A stretch of DNA of 64,000 nt, taken from contig CAXXDQ010000004.1 of NCBI GenBank assembly GCA_963664325.2, positions 800,001-864,000 of the forward strand, written 5' to 3'. The first letter of the stretch is position 1; each line of letters starts with the position of its first letter. Below the pieces are notes generated by a model. That model had not been told where the DNA came from. It was given only the letters and a program-made list of their open reading frames with translations, and searched no databases. Source of the stretch: Desulfomonilia bacterium (GTDB lineage Bacteria; Desulfobacterota; Desulfomonilia; UBA1062). The position numbers and the translations under genes were made by a program. Positions 9,501-18,133 of this stretch are shown here, in pieces.

Positions 9501-11491
9501 TCCGTCCTTTTCACGAGCCTGCCGAAGCCGTCGAGATATTCGGTCTCGACATATCCCGACGATGAGGTCCTGAGAGTTTTTTTCGGATCGCTCTCATCGA
9601 TTGTCTCCCAGCTTTTGTCGGGGTATTTTTTTGTGACCTTAAGGCCGTTGTTCTCGTATTTGTAAGTCGTGCTTCGACCCATGGCGTCTGTTTCCTTCAT
9701 GACGAAGCCGTTCCTTAAATCAACACTCACCGAGGTTTCATGCCCCAGGCCGTCCCAGGTCGTTGTGGTCAGCTCGTGCCCTCCCAGAAGAGGATGTGTA
9801 TAAGTGCTCTTTTCAGTTATTGTTGAGGGTTCGGCGCCTGCCTGCTTGTTTGTTTTCACCTGCGTTATCCTGCCGTAGATGTCCATGGCGGTATTAACGA
9901 TGACCTTTTCACCGCCCCTTTGCGTGACGGTCCCGGCTATGTATTTGCCGGATGCATCGAGCGTGTTTTCCGATGAGATATCGCTGTCCTTTTCCGCGCT
10001 GTCTGCGACCCTGGATGTATCTTCAAGCCCGTATCTGGAGAAGTAGGAGGTCGTGATCTCGGCCGTGGCCGGACCAGTCCTCTCGGTGCTCGAAGAGACC
10101 AGCCCTTCGGGATTGTATGTCAGCGTCTCGTTGTTTATTTTTCTTGAGCCCGTCTGTACGAGGGTTTCCCTGGTCCTGCTGTAGTTCCCGTCGAGCTGGG
10201 AAAGCGACGGGAAAAGGCCCTGGGCGTCCTGTCCTGCAAATTTTGGGGTTGTGGTCTGTTTCAGACTGCCGCCCTGTCTGATTTCCGTCCTTACCGGCAG
10301 GCTGAGGTTGTTGAAAGTAATACAGGTCATCTGATCGCCGCCGTTTTCAGGTTTACGCCTGCTGGTGACCAATGTCGAGAAGCTGAAGGAATTGTCGCCG
10401 CTCGTAAACAGTGTGTTGCTTCCGAAGGGGTAATTGGGATAGCCAGTATAAAACCTGCCTATGCCTGCCCGGTAATCATATGAGGTGGTTTTTTTGGCCG
10501 ACCCTGCATGGCCCGAATCTTCAATGACCCTGCTTACCGCCGGGAATGACTTCCTGTTGTCCCCCCTGGCCAGAATGTAGTCGATGGCGTTGTCATTGTA
10601 TTCATACCTTATGCTTCCCCCCGAAGGGTACGCCACTTCGCGGATTCTTCCGTTTTCAGAAAGTCTTATCACAACCGTCCTGCCCTCGGGGCTGACGATC
10701 GTCACATTGCTTGACAGGCTCGGCGTGATATTGAAGCTGCAGGATGCCTTGCGTTCGTCAGGCATGGTTATTACGGCTTCCTTCACAACCTTGTCGCCCG
10801 TATACGAAATGCGGATGTCCTGTCCGTAACTGTCGTTTATCCTTACCAGTCTTGAATCTTCGATGAAGGTGTCTTTTTCGAAATAATAGAGAATCCGGTT
10901 GCCGAAGCGGTCGTCTATGCATATCAGCCTGCCGTATTTGTCGAAATACCTGCTGCTCCCGTCGAGCATAGTGAGCCTGTATGAGTATGCTCTTTTGTCA
11001 TAAGTCAGCTCCCCTGGAAGCCTTTCCATCCTGAACATACCGCTTTTTACATACCTGAGCCCGCTCGGCCAGGAGGAGTCGAGGGCAAGGCTTGCGCTGC
11101 CGGTCAGATTGAGAACGTCGTTTTTCGTATCCACATAGTCGAGGTCCCATTTCCAGCCCGGAGGAAAACCGTAAATCGTCGACCTGTCGCCCTGCGCCAG
11201 ATCGTGCGCGCTCAAGCCCAGGCTCAGGTCCATCTCATCTGCAATACCCGGCAGGTTTATGCATTCTATGTTTACCCCGGGCTGGCCCGTCTGGGGATTC
11301 ACCTCTATGCCGAAACCGCTGACGGCGTTAGCGGCAAAGGAATCCGAGGGTTTGACGTTCTTCGCTGAAACTTCAAGATTCGGCTTCATTTCTGAGTTTG
11401 CATCATCAGACGCCGATGCCTCGCCGCAAAAAGCGAAGACAAATAAACACGCCGTCAGGATACGGTAAGCTCTTCTATTTATCATTTTCAT
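6569..11491 (-). CDS. RHS/YD-repeat protein with Sec-type signal peptide and a 235-aa C-terminal tip
   Basis: Many YD/YE-xxG repeats; RHS core NPYRFSGYYEDEESGMYYLKARSYSPELMRF...NRYAYADGNPVEIVDPDG (DPDG at 7288-7277). Confidence 0.92.
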   Translation of the reverse strand: MKMINRRAYRILTACLFVFAFCGEASASDDANSEMKPNLEVSAKNVKPSDSFAANAVSGFGIEVNPQTGQPGVNIECINLPGIADEMDLSLGLSAHDLAQGDRSTIYGFPPGWKWDLDYVDTKNDVLNLTGSASLALDSSWPSGLRYVKSGMFRMERLPGELTYDKRAYSYRLTMLDGSSRYFDKYGRLICIDDRFGNRILYYFEKDTFIEDSRLVRINDSYGQDIRISYTGDKVVKEAVITMPDERKASCSFNITPSLSSNVTIVSPEGRTVVIRLSENGRIREVAYPSGGSIRYEYNDNAIDYILARGDNRKSFPAVSRVIEDSGHAGSAKKTTSYDYRAGIGRFYTGYPNYPFGSNTLFTSGDNSFSFSTLVTSRRKPENGGDQMTCITFNNLSLPVRTEIRQGGSLKQTTTPKFAGQDAQGLFPSLSQLDGNYSRTRETLVQTGSRKINNETLTYNPEGLVSSSTERTGPATAEITTSYFSRYGLEDTSRVADSAEKDSDISSENTLDASGKYIAGTVTQRGGEKVIVNTAMDIYGRITQVKTNKQAGAEPSTITEKSTYTHPLLGGHELTTTTWDGLGHETSVSVDLRNGFVMKETDAMGRSTTYKYENNGLKVTKKYPDKSWETIDESDPKKTLRTSSSGYVETEYLDGFGRLVKRTDNNGHGGSERTLYECTYNELGEIATETDRFSRKTEHFYSDWQGRETRTVETPYVPDVGSSYVNETIYEYDDENLTETVSFKGVKVSRTQYDDRGNVLKTADCLGGRPGGALHPVREFFYNGKGQEISSKLLMAPDINAPGREVISKTSEYDLDENEISSNVKTSDGGMNAVKAEFNAFGYVNSSDIAYKKLSPGVGGPMMGFGSEVKEYDNAGNIVKVTNGLLQSMHFTYDKSSNMTLMTDFTRKKTEYKYDVMDRLLSVESGDMAATFTYYPAGSPAEGLIRSRELHIGRKLTDKIEYGYNSRGLLEKVTYMNGKTRLAEYDDFDRLKSITDINGTKTLVTYDNLIPENIVRIENRYGRVDYSYFPPEAGGLLGPGTTLRQASFSSGTDGAFAISVEITYDYYNQIANSSAPSPLMLKGITATGSGGVLLGSLSYEYDEMGRTAKLTRKSSEKDEDSTRTFIYNDNNQLISDETSSLAGSPLEKTSYVYDIRGNIISRTVSGSSAHGKTSFEYDADNRLKSSNGPNGSITSYAYDENGALKKILINGKEVKKFEYNSFGQLVRYSGPSGSDVSYSYDAEGLRSIKKDNNTKYSIRYYYDFDKRIMNEEDSNGSRVSTLASLLRVVDGKHQWLITDRKDVIGFTDEKARAPVEEYSYTAYGKEQGRAPQSQRKANEGGSFSISGNPYRFSGYYEDEESGMYYLKARSYSPELMRFTSRDSYDLTNRYAYADGNPVEIVDPDGQIGVVAVLAIVTLASGAIGGGLSIAANKIEEKNPDSGYQTVKNLRTSSRVFGGVSLATGLGAAAGSGYKAYKAYKLRQAALRQEAAITRLNAQRDARRLEFRNQSLRIIPEERPIESGIQRKIRIKYQQNQPLNIIPEERTIPRESNIQRNLRTKYQQPSLQNKSKKETYFKFNKKQKVPQEQPVFRNQNLNKQQVINHKPYNEMNAQEQSDYLDQLDREYKASNPRQKIRYEND
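6803..6970 (-). repeat. Tandem 81/87-nt duplication in the RHS tip
   Basis: NQSLRIIPEERPIESGIQRKIRIKYQQ followed by NQPLNIIPEERTIPRESNIQRNLRTKYQQ. Confidence 0.85.
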
Positions 11492-11564
11492 ATATTATTC
11501 TCCGCTTCACGGTTTTATTCTCACCACTCACAACCCTTCTCTCGTAATTATCTTTTTTCACTTC

Positions 11565-14543
11565 TCACCATGGATCGTTCAAAACGAACCATTTTTTATT
11601 TTTATCTTTAACAACGGAACCATAGAAGTCGCCTCCTTCAACATGGCCATACTCCCAGTCTCCGTCGTGTCTCCAGTAGCCGCTGTGAACATTATCCCAG
11701 TCGTTGCACCTTACTTCCCAGGAGCGGGCGTATCTGTCATGGCCCTTACTGGTTGCGAAAAACACAAACTCTCCTTCCGTCCCGTAAGGTTTAAGGCTGC
11801 TTTTTTCTTTGTAAGTCCTTTCGCTTCTGATCTGTAACCGATTGAGGGCGGGTCCGATTTTTTTCGCCTCATACTTGTTATGAAAGAGCTCATCTTTTGA
11901 AACAAGTGAGTATCCCTTCATTTCCCAGCAGACCTTGCTGCCTTTCCAGAAAATCTGGTCGTCGCCGGTTGCATAAAAAACCCGTTTATCTCTTCCTTCC
12001 GATGATCTTGGCGCTGCAATTATCTCTGTGGCGGCATATTCCCTTCTTTTATAATCGGGCCCGTCTTCGGTCTTCCCCCATGTTTTAAAAATTACAGGGA
12101 CTTGCGTTTCATTATCGAGGCCTATCAGGAACCTCTTTCCATCTGCATTTCCATCGCGGGCGCCTGCCTCTTTGACTTTGGCGCAAGGCTGGCTTTCGTA
12201 TATGGAACACCACTCAATGTTGAGCATTTCCTCGGAACCTCCGCCGCTTAGCCTCTTCACAAGCTTTTTCCTGTTGTCTGTGAATAAAGGAGAGCGGGCG
12301 TATCTCCCATATATGTCGAATATAAATGCATATATGTCCCTGCCGCATGTGTAGTAAAGCGATGATGTCCTGTCGGAGACCTTGAATCGTTTGATTTTGC
12401 CTCCCATGTCCGGCGGCCTCATGTAAAATCCGCTCCTGAACGTGCTGAAATTGAACCTTGCGAACAGGTTCCTTTCGTTCATGCCCTCGGGCAGCAGGGG
12501 CACAATGAAATAATTATCCGGGGATGACGCCCTTTCGAACACGAAATCGAAATCTCCTTTCGAGGGGTCGGAAAGAAACGGTTCACCCTCCAGATACAGC
12601 GTCCTGAGCTTTTCTGAATTCATCTCAGCTTCACGCAAATCGCAAACATTATTGACCTCTATGGGCAGTCTGGGGTTCAGGGTGAAATCGTTGTCCTTGA
12701 CTATCGTTCCGCTGTCATCGAGCAGCTGAACGCTGATGGATCTGTCAGGCTTGTTGTAGGGCATCGCGTATACATAATAAGTCCGGTATTTCATCGATGA
12801 GCCCTGTTCATACTCGTTTGGGATTCCGTAGTGCGGCTGTGCGGACTTCATCTTGTTCCCCCATTCGGAAGGCATCAACGCCAGTTTGTTGTTGTCAGAG
12901 GGATCGGCGCCGACAGTTTTGTCCTTGTTCAGGGCGCCTGTCTGCTCCTTGCTGTAGAAGACCAGCCGGTCGTAGATTTCATCGGGGGCTTCGATGCCGT
13001 TCTTTGTGATCCTGATGTCGACAGGGTAGGCGCATACCCCGTTGAAATAGGTCTCTCCTGACGGCGCCCTGAAACTGATTGTATAATCCAGATCGGCCGG
13101 CGCCGGTATGATGGAAGGCAGGGCTTTTGCAGCAGGTTCTGCAAATATGACATCTTTATTGCTGTTGAAGTCACGGGCGAGCTGCATTACCGTTACATGG
13201 TGTTTCCCGTAAGGTTTCGGGCCTATCCAGTAGAAAGCGATGTCACCGGGATTCAAAGCTGCATTCTTAAGTCCGTCGTCGCTGTATTTCACCCCGTTCA
13301 GCGGATATGCATAAACCCTGTACCTGTCGGGATCCGGAGAATTTGGTTTTTCGGCTACATCGATTTCATATCTGAAGCCGTTCAAGCCGCTTTTGAAAAG
13401 CTGTTCCTGATTCAGGCCGGCGCCTTTTATCTTTATCAGATATACCGCATCGTTTTTGTGCTTCACAGATTCCATGCTGTTTGCCGCCGAGACATAATAT
13501 ATTTCGAAATCCAGCGTAGAAGCCTTTAATGAGTTTCCGGCAACCGGGGCGGTTGCCGGAGCAGACGCTACCGGAGCGCTTCCTGTCTTCATGGTTACAT
13601 CGAGCGCCTTTTCCCCTTCATCGTCTATGTAATATGCAAGCCCGTCTTTAGAAACAAGGGCAAGCCCGTCGGAGAAGTCGGCGGCTTCGTCATATATGTT
13701 CGGTATGGCGTCATGGCCCCTAGGGTCTACATAGCCCCACTTACCGTTTTCTTTCACCGCTGCAAGCCCTTCCGAGAATTGTCTTGCCTGGTCGAACTGG
13801 GGATTGATCCTGTATTTCCCCTTGTAGCTGACGAATCCCCATTTGCTTTCCACCTTTACGGGGGCAAGCCTCTCGCTGAATTCCATTGCGTCGTCGAACT
13901 GCGTTTCGATGTAGATATTTCCTTTTGTATCGATATAACCCCACTGGTTCTCGAGGTCTTTTACAGGCGCCAGGCCTTCCCGGAATTCACCGGCTTCAAG
14001 CCACTGCCTTTTAATCGCGAACCTGCCGTTCTTGTCTATGAACCCCCATTTGCCGACCCTCTTTGCGGGGGCGAGCCCGTAGTAGAAGCCCTTGAGGTCT
14101 TCGTATGCATAGTCATGCACAAGCCTTCCTTTTGTGTCGATGAATCCCCAGAGGTTCCCTTTCTTCACAGGCGCCAGCCCGCTGGAAAAAGGCCTTGCAG
14201 CGTCGAATCTCGGGTTGATGACGAAGAGCCCCTTCTTGTTTATATATCCCCACTTCTGTTTATCGACGCGAGCCGGAGCAAGGTCAGCATTGAACGAGCT
14301 CACTTCCTTGAATATGAATTTTATAGCCACCAGGCCCGCAGTGTTTATGAATCCCCACTGGCCGCCTGAGCATACGCCCGCAAGCCCGCCTGAAAAACTC
14401 AGGATTCCCTGCACTGAACCGCCTGCCTTGTTTTCAGATACGGCACCTGCCGCATTAAGAGGTTCCGCAAGCACAAAAACAGACATAAGGATGAGAAAAA
14501 GGGATATATAACTTGAAAAAATCCTGCCGGAGTTTTTTTTCAT
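11565..14543 (-). CDS. Secreted WG-repeat protein with a different unknown C-terminal region of about 650 aa
   Basis: Signal peptide, 7+1 WG repeats, SAPVASAPATAPVA linker, GGAGG RBS. Confidence 0.85.
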   Translation of the reverse strand: MKKNSGRIFSSYISLFLILMSVFVLAEPLNAAGAVSENKAGGSVQGILSFSGGLAGVCSGGQWGFINTAGLVAIKFIFKEVSSFNADLAPARVDKQKWGYINKKGLFVINPRFDAARPFSSGLAPVKKGNLWGFIDTKGRLVHDYAYEDLKGFYYGLAPAKRVGKWGFIDKNGRFAIKRQWLEAGEFREGLAPVKDLENQWGYIDTKGNIYIETQFDDAMEFSERLAPVKVESKWGFVSYKGKYRINPQFDQARQFSEGLAAVKENGKWGYVDPRGHDAIPNIYDEAADFSDGLALVSKDGLAYYIDDEGEKALDVTMKTGSAPVASAPATAPVAGNSLKASTLDFEIYYVSAANSMESVKHKNDAVYLIKIKGAGLNQEQLFKSGLNGFRYEIDVAEKPNSPDPDRYRVYAYPLNGVKYSDDGLKNAALNPGDIAFYWIGPKPYGKHHVTVMQLARDFNSNKDVIFAEPAAKALPSIIPAPADLDYTISFRAPSGETYFNGVCAYPVDIRITKNGIEAPDEIYDRLVFYSKEQTGALNKDKTVGADPSDNNKLALMPSEWGNKMKSAQPHYGIPNEYEQGSSMKYRTYYVYAMPYNKPDRSISVQLLDDSGTIVKDNDFTLNPRLPIEVNNVCDLREAEMNSEKLRTLYLEGEPFLSDPSKGDFDFVFERASSPDNYFIVPLLPEGMNERNLFARFNFSTFRSGFYMRPPDMGGKIKRFKVSDRTSSLYYTCGRDIYAFIFDIYGRYARSPLFTDNRKKLVKRLSGGGSEEMLNIEWCSIYESQPCAKVKEAGARDGNADGKRFLIGLDNETQVPVIFKTWGKTEDGPDYKRREYAATEIIAAPRSSEGRDKRVFYATGDDQIFWKGSKVCWEMKGYSLVSKDELFHNKYEAKKIGPALNRLQIRSERTYKEKSSLKPYGTEGEFVFFATSKGHDRYARSWEVRCNDWDNVHSGYWRHDGDWEYGHVEGGDFYGSVVKDKNKKWFVLNDPW
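13585..14406 (-). repeat. WG-repeat module, copy 2
   Basis: Paralogous to 5460-6280; approximate bounds. Confidence 0.85.
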
Positions 14544-14925
14544 TTTTCCTCCCGGTATACAGTAATGTAATGTATTTTTCGGTTATAAAGATTGAAATAT
14601 TTAATTTTTAAAAATGAGAAATCCGGAATTTTCTTATATCAAGTGTCATGTTGCATGGATATTCAAGTCAATATCCTTTATATTCAATATGACATCAGTG
14701 AGGCTGGGGAAATGGGATATCATGCACTCTGTTCAGTTCCTCGAGCCGGAGATAAAGGAAAAGCGGAACAGGTGTTTTTTTAGTATTCCTTGAAGCCTAT
14801 AACGCAGCCGGCACAATTTTCCGGACAGCGGAATTTGACGATCAGCGGAAATGCCCGAAGGGTGAGGAACATATCTGTCCCGAATCCAAGGCTCCACTTG
14901 AATTTGAGTTGGAATCAGTCGTATC

Positions 14926-15900
14926 TCACAATTTAAGCGATATCCCGGCAATCGCTGCCGCCTGCTCCGCATACGGTGCCGTTTTCGTTCCTCCGATGCC
15001 TTCGAGCGTGCATGTTGCCACCGCTGCAGCGAACCGGGCGGTTTTTTCCAGGCCCCAGCCGTTGAGCACGCCGTAAACAAAGCCGGAATCAAACGCATCG
15101 CCCGCGCCTATTGAGTCCTGAAAAGTTTTAGGCGTTATTGCGTCTTGAGTAAAAATTCTGTCCGCTGTCGCAATTAATGCGCCATTGGCGCCCTGCTTGA
15201 TGACTGCAAGCTCAGGTCCGTGGGCGAGCAGATCCCGGGCTGCCGATTCGATCGAATCAAGCCCCGTTATCTCGAGCGCTTCAACTTCGTCGGTGAAAAC
15301 GATATCCACATAGTCTAGCAGGTTATCAAAATGCTTTATCCATGGCCGATCGAGGGGTGTCATTGGAAACTGTGTATCGAGAGCCGTTAAGAGTCCGTAT
15401 TGCTTCGCCTTTCTGAAAAGCTCGACAGTGGGCGCTCCCCACATCTGTGGATAGTGTAAATACCCTGCACAGAGAAGCATGCGGGCGCGCTTGAGCTGAT
15501 TTTCCTGCTCCGCTGTCAGCCGGGCCGGCCATGGCGCATGCGTCGAAAGCCTGCCGGTAAGCGGGCGCTTCCTGTCGCCGAACAGCAGGATATATATACC
15601 GATGCCGCTTGTTTCTCCGGGTATGGTTTCAACATGGCTGACATCGGCGCCGGCTTTTGTCAGGCTTCGCAATATCCATTCGCCGAAAAAATCGTCCGCT
15701 ACACATGATACGACCGCCACGCGCAGACCCAGCTTCGACATATCCGCAGCGCAATATCCCATCGAACCGGCTGGCGTAAGCTCGACCTCTGAAATATCGA
15801 CCCATTTTGTAAGGGCCTCCATATCGCGAGGCGCATTGCCTGCGATTATCATGTCCAGATTCAGTGTTCCCACTGCCACGACATCGTAATCCATAGACAC
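14926..15900 (-). CDS. PfkB-family carbohydrate kinase
   Basis: VGTLNLD N-terminus, IKQGANGA, DSIGAGDAFDSGF signature. Confidence 0.9.
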   Translation of the reverse strand: MSMDYDVVAVGTLNLDMIIAGNAPRDMEALTKWVDISEVELTPAGSMGYCAADMSKLGLRVAVVSCVADDFFGEWILRSLTKAGADVSHVETIPGETSGIGIYILLFGDRKRPLTGRLSTHAPWPARLTAEQENQLKRARMLLCAGYLHYPQMWGAPTVELFRKAKQYGLLTALDTQFPMTPLDRPWIKHFDNLLDYVDIVFTDEVEALEITGLDSIESAARDLLAHGPELAVIKQGANGALIATADRIFTQDAITPKTFQDSIGAGDAFDSGFVYGVLNGWGLEKTARFAAAVATCTLEGIGGTKTAPYAEQAAAIAGISLKL

Positions 15901-15994
15901 GTCCTCCCCGAGCTTGCGTCTTGTGACAAATCAGTTTTCGTCAATATGCGCCTGATGTCATCGGTAAATCCCGGAGTCCTCTGCTTTCAAAAAT

Positions 15995-17251
15995 TTAATG
16001 GGAACCCGGCGGGAACAGCTGCATCCAGACACGCGCGTGCTTGGGGACGTTTGACCGCTGGCAGTCGGGATTGATATCACCGAGTTCCACTGCGCAGTAA
16101 TACGGCAGCAGCTGTATGACAAAAGTCGAAACGACCGCGAAAATGTGTTCATCGACATCCGGCAGTCGCAGAACATAGTCCATTAAGGGCGCGATGTCCT
16201 TGTCTTTCTCCGACACAATTCCAATTGCGGGAGTCTTGAGGCCGAGGGTCGCCTGGGCAATCTGTTTGAGCCATGGATATGACGGCCCGGGAGGGGCGAT
16301 GATTGCGGTTACTATGCGCTCATCGGTAAGGCCGAGCGCGCCATGAATATGACGGTCAGGGCACATGCCCTTGCAGGGGATGTGAGCCATCTCGTCGAAC
16401 TTCAGCGCGAGCTCTTCCGCTGTCGCAAGGTTGGGCCCTCCGCCGACGGATATAAAAGCTCGCGCGTTTTTGTATCTTTTGGCTATGGTGCGGCAGCGCG
16501 CATCGAGATTCTCTTTATTAGCCTCCAGCCAGTCCGGCATCGCATACAGCTGCTTGCGGAACTTTTCGTAATTCACTCTGCCCGGGGCTACCCTCCTGCC
16601 AAGTTCGAGGGCAAGCAGGACGCCGGCGGCGAACCTGGTCGCATAATGAAAGGTGTCTGAGCCCCCGGTGTCGAATCCGCCCTGGCAGATAACCGAGTCC
16701 TCGGTTATCTTTGTGAGCGGGCTGTGCGGTACGCTCGTCACGGCGATGAGGTATGCGCCGCCGCTCGCCGCCTTCGTTGCAGCGGCGTTTGCATCGAATG
16801 TCCGCCCGCTGCCCGAGAACACAAGGAATGCCGACTTCTTCAGGTTCCAGTTTCGTGTGCTGGTCATGAACTCGCCGCTGTCCACCTGGTCGGCGTCAAA
16901 GTCCGCGAACGCCCCGAATGCGCTTGCTGAGCCCATGCACACGAACTGAGATGTGCCGAGGCCCGTGCCTATTATGCGCGAGAGCTTCCTTTTGGCTATC
17001 TTTTCCGCAACAACGGCCACCTGGTCCGGAATGGTGTCGAGAGTGTCGCGCAACGCCTGAGGGATGCTCATTATGTCCCGATAAAGGTTGAAAGGATGCT
17101 CAGTTTTCGGTTCCGATCCGAGCGCAATATACATTGTGGGATATTCGCCGGTTCCCTCAATGGTGCGTTCGCCGCCGCCCTCAAGCCAGTCCCATTTCTT
17201 CCTAGGCTCTACTCCTTCGGATTTTTTCTTCCCGGCTTCCTTCTTCGTCAT
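15995..17251 (-). CDS. Double-SIS-domain sugar-phosphate isomerase/deaminase (GlmS/FrlB/AgaS-like, no glutaminase domain)
   Basis: GLGTS, SGSGRT, GGGPNLATAEELALKFDE, HGAL motifs. Confidence 0.85.
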   Translation of the reverse strand: MTKKEAGKKKSEGVEPRKKWDWLEGGGERTIEGTGEYPTMYIALGSEPKTEHPFNLYRDIMSIPQALRDTLDTIPDQVAVVAEKIAKRKLSRIIGTGLGTSQFVCMGSASAFGAFADFDADQVDSGEFMTSTRNWNLKKSAFLVFSGSGRTFDANAAATKAASGGAYLIAVTSVPHSPLTKITEDSVICQGGFDTGGSDTFHYATRFAAGVLLALELGRRVAPGRVNYEKFRKQLYAMPDWLEANKENLDARCRTIAKRYKNARAFISVGGGPNLATAEELALKFDEMAHIPCKGMCPDRHIHGALGLTDERIVTAIIAPPGPSYPWLKQIAQATLGLKTPAIGIVSEKDKDIAPLMDYVLRLPDVDEHIFAVVSTFVIQLLPYYCAVELGDINPDCQRSNVPKHARVWMQLFPPGSH

Positions 17252-17275
17252 TACGGTCGCTCCTTTCGGTCTGTT

Positions 17276-18133
17276 CTAAAATGTTTTTCCGCTGCTTTTG
17301 AACAGGCGCATCTTTGTTCTCACGGCTTCCTTCATATTGTCTATGCCCGGCTTGAATATTTTTCGAATGTCTATGGCGTCAGGATTGTCAGAGAGATACT
17401 CCCTCACTCCCGCTGTGAAACTCTTCTGAAGTTCCGTGGCGATATTGATTTTCCGGATGCCGCAGCGGATGAGCTCCAAGAAGATATCATCCGGAACACC
17501 GGAGGCGCCATGCAGTACAAGAGGGACTTTGACGAGGGCCGCGATTGCGGAGACACGCTCCAGATCGATCCTGGCGGTCTGCTTCCTCATTCCATGAACC
17601 GTGCCGACGGCCACAGCGAGCGAGTCCACCATGCTCGCCTCGGCGAACCTGGCGGCTTCATCGGGATCCGTAAGGGCTTCATCCTCTCCGCCATCCGTTG
17701 TTCCGGCTTCCTTTCCTCCCACATGCCCGATCTCTCCTTCGAGGCTCACGCCAGCCGGTCTTGCCAAGGCAGCGACACGCTGCATCTGTCTCACATTTTC
17801 ATCGAACGAGAGCGTCGAACAATCGTACATCACCGATGTGAAGCCGCCGTTTACAGCCTTGATTACATTTTCGAATTTCATACCGTGATCGAGATGTACG
17901 GACACCGGAACCGGCATGGCGGCCGCCATCTTCGGCAGGGCCTCGCAGAAAAGCGGCCATCCGGCGTGTTTGATCGCGCCTTCTGTCACTCCCACGATGA
18001 CAGGCGATTTTTCCTCGACGGCCGTTTCAATCACGGCTCTGATCTGCTCGATATTGTTGACATTGAACGCCCCCACGGCATATCCGTAGGAGGCCGCGTG
18101 CTGCAAAAGATCGTGGTTGTTTTTCAGCGGCAT
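17276..18133 (-). CDS. Class II fructose/tagatose-bisphosphate aldolase
   Basis: GAFNVNN, HLDHG, AVGTVHG, VLHGASG, KINIATE; start moved to MPLKNN, overlapping the upstream stop. Confidence 0.9.
   Translation of the reverse strand: MPLKNNHDLLQHAASYGYAVGAFNVNNIEQIRAVIETAVEEKSPVIVGVTEGAIKHAGWPLFCEALPKMAAAMPVPVSVHLDHGMKFENVIKAVNGGFTSVMYDCSTLSFDENVRQMQRVAALARPAGVSLEGEIGHVGGKEAGTTDGGEDEALTDPDEAARFAEASMVDSLAVAVGTVHGMRKQTARIDLERVSAIAALVKVPLVLHGASGVPDDIFLELIRCGIRKINIATELQKSFTAGVREYLSDNPDAIDIRKIFKPGIDNMKEAVRTKMRLFKSSGKTF

Noticed and set aside
5460-14406. Duplicated WG modules as a DGR template/variable repeat pair
   Set aside because: No reverse transcriptase; both copies are coding N-terminal domains and differences look largely synonymous rather than adenine-specific
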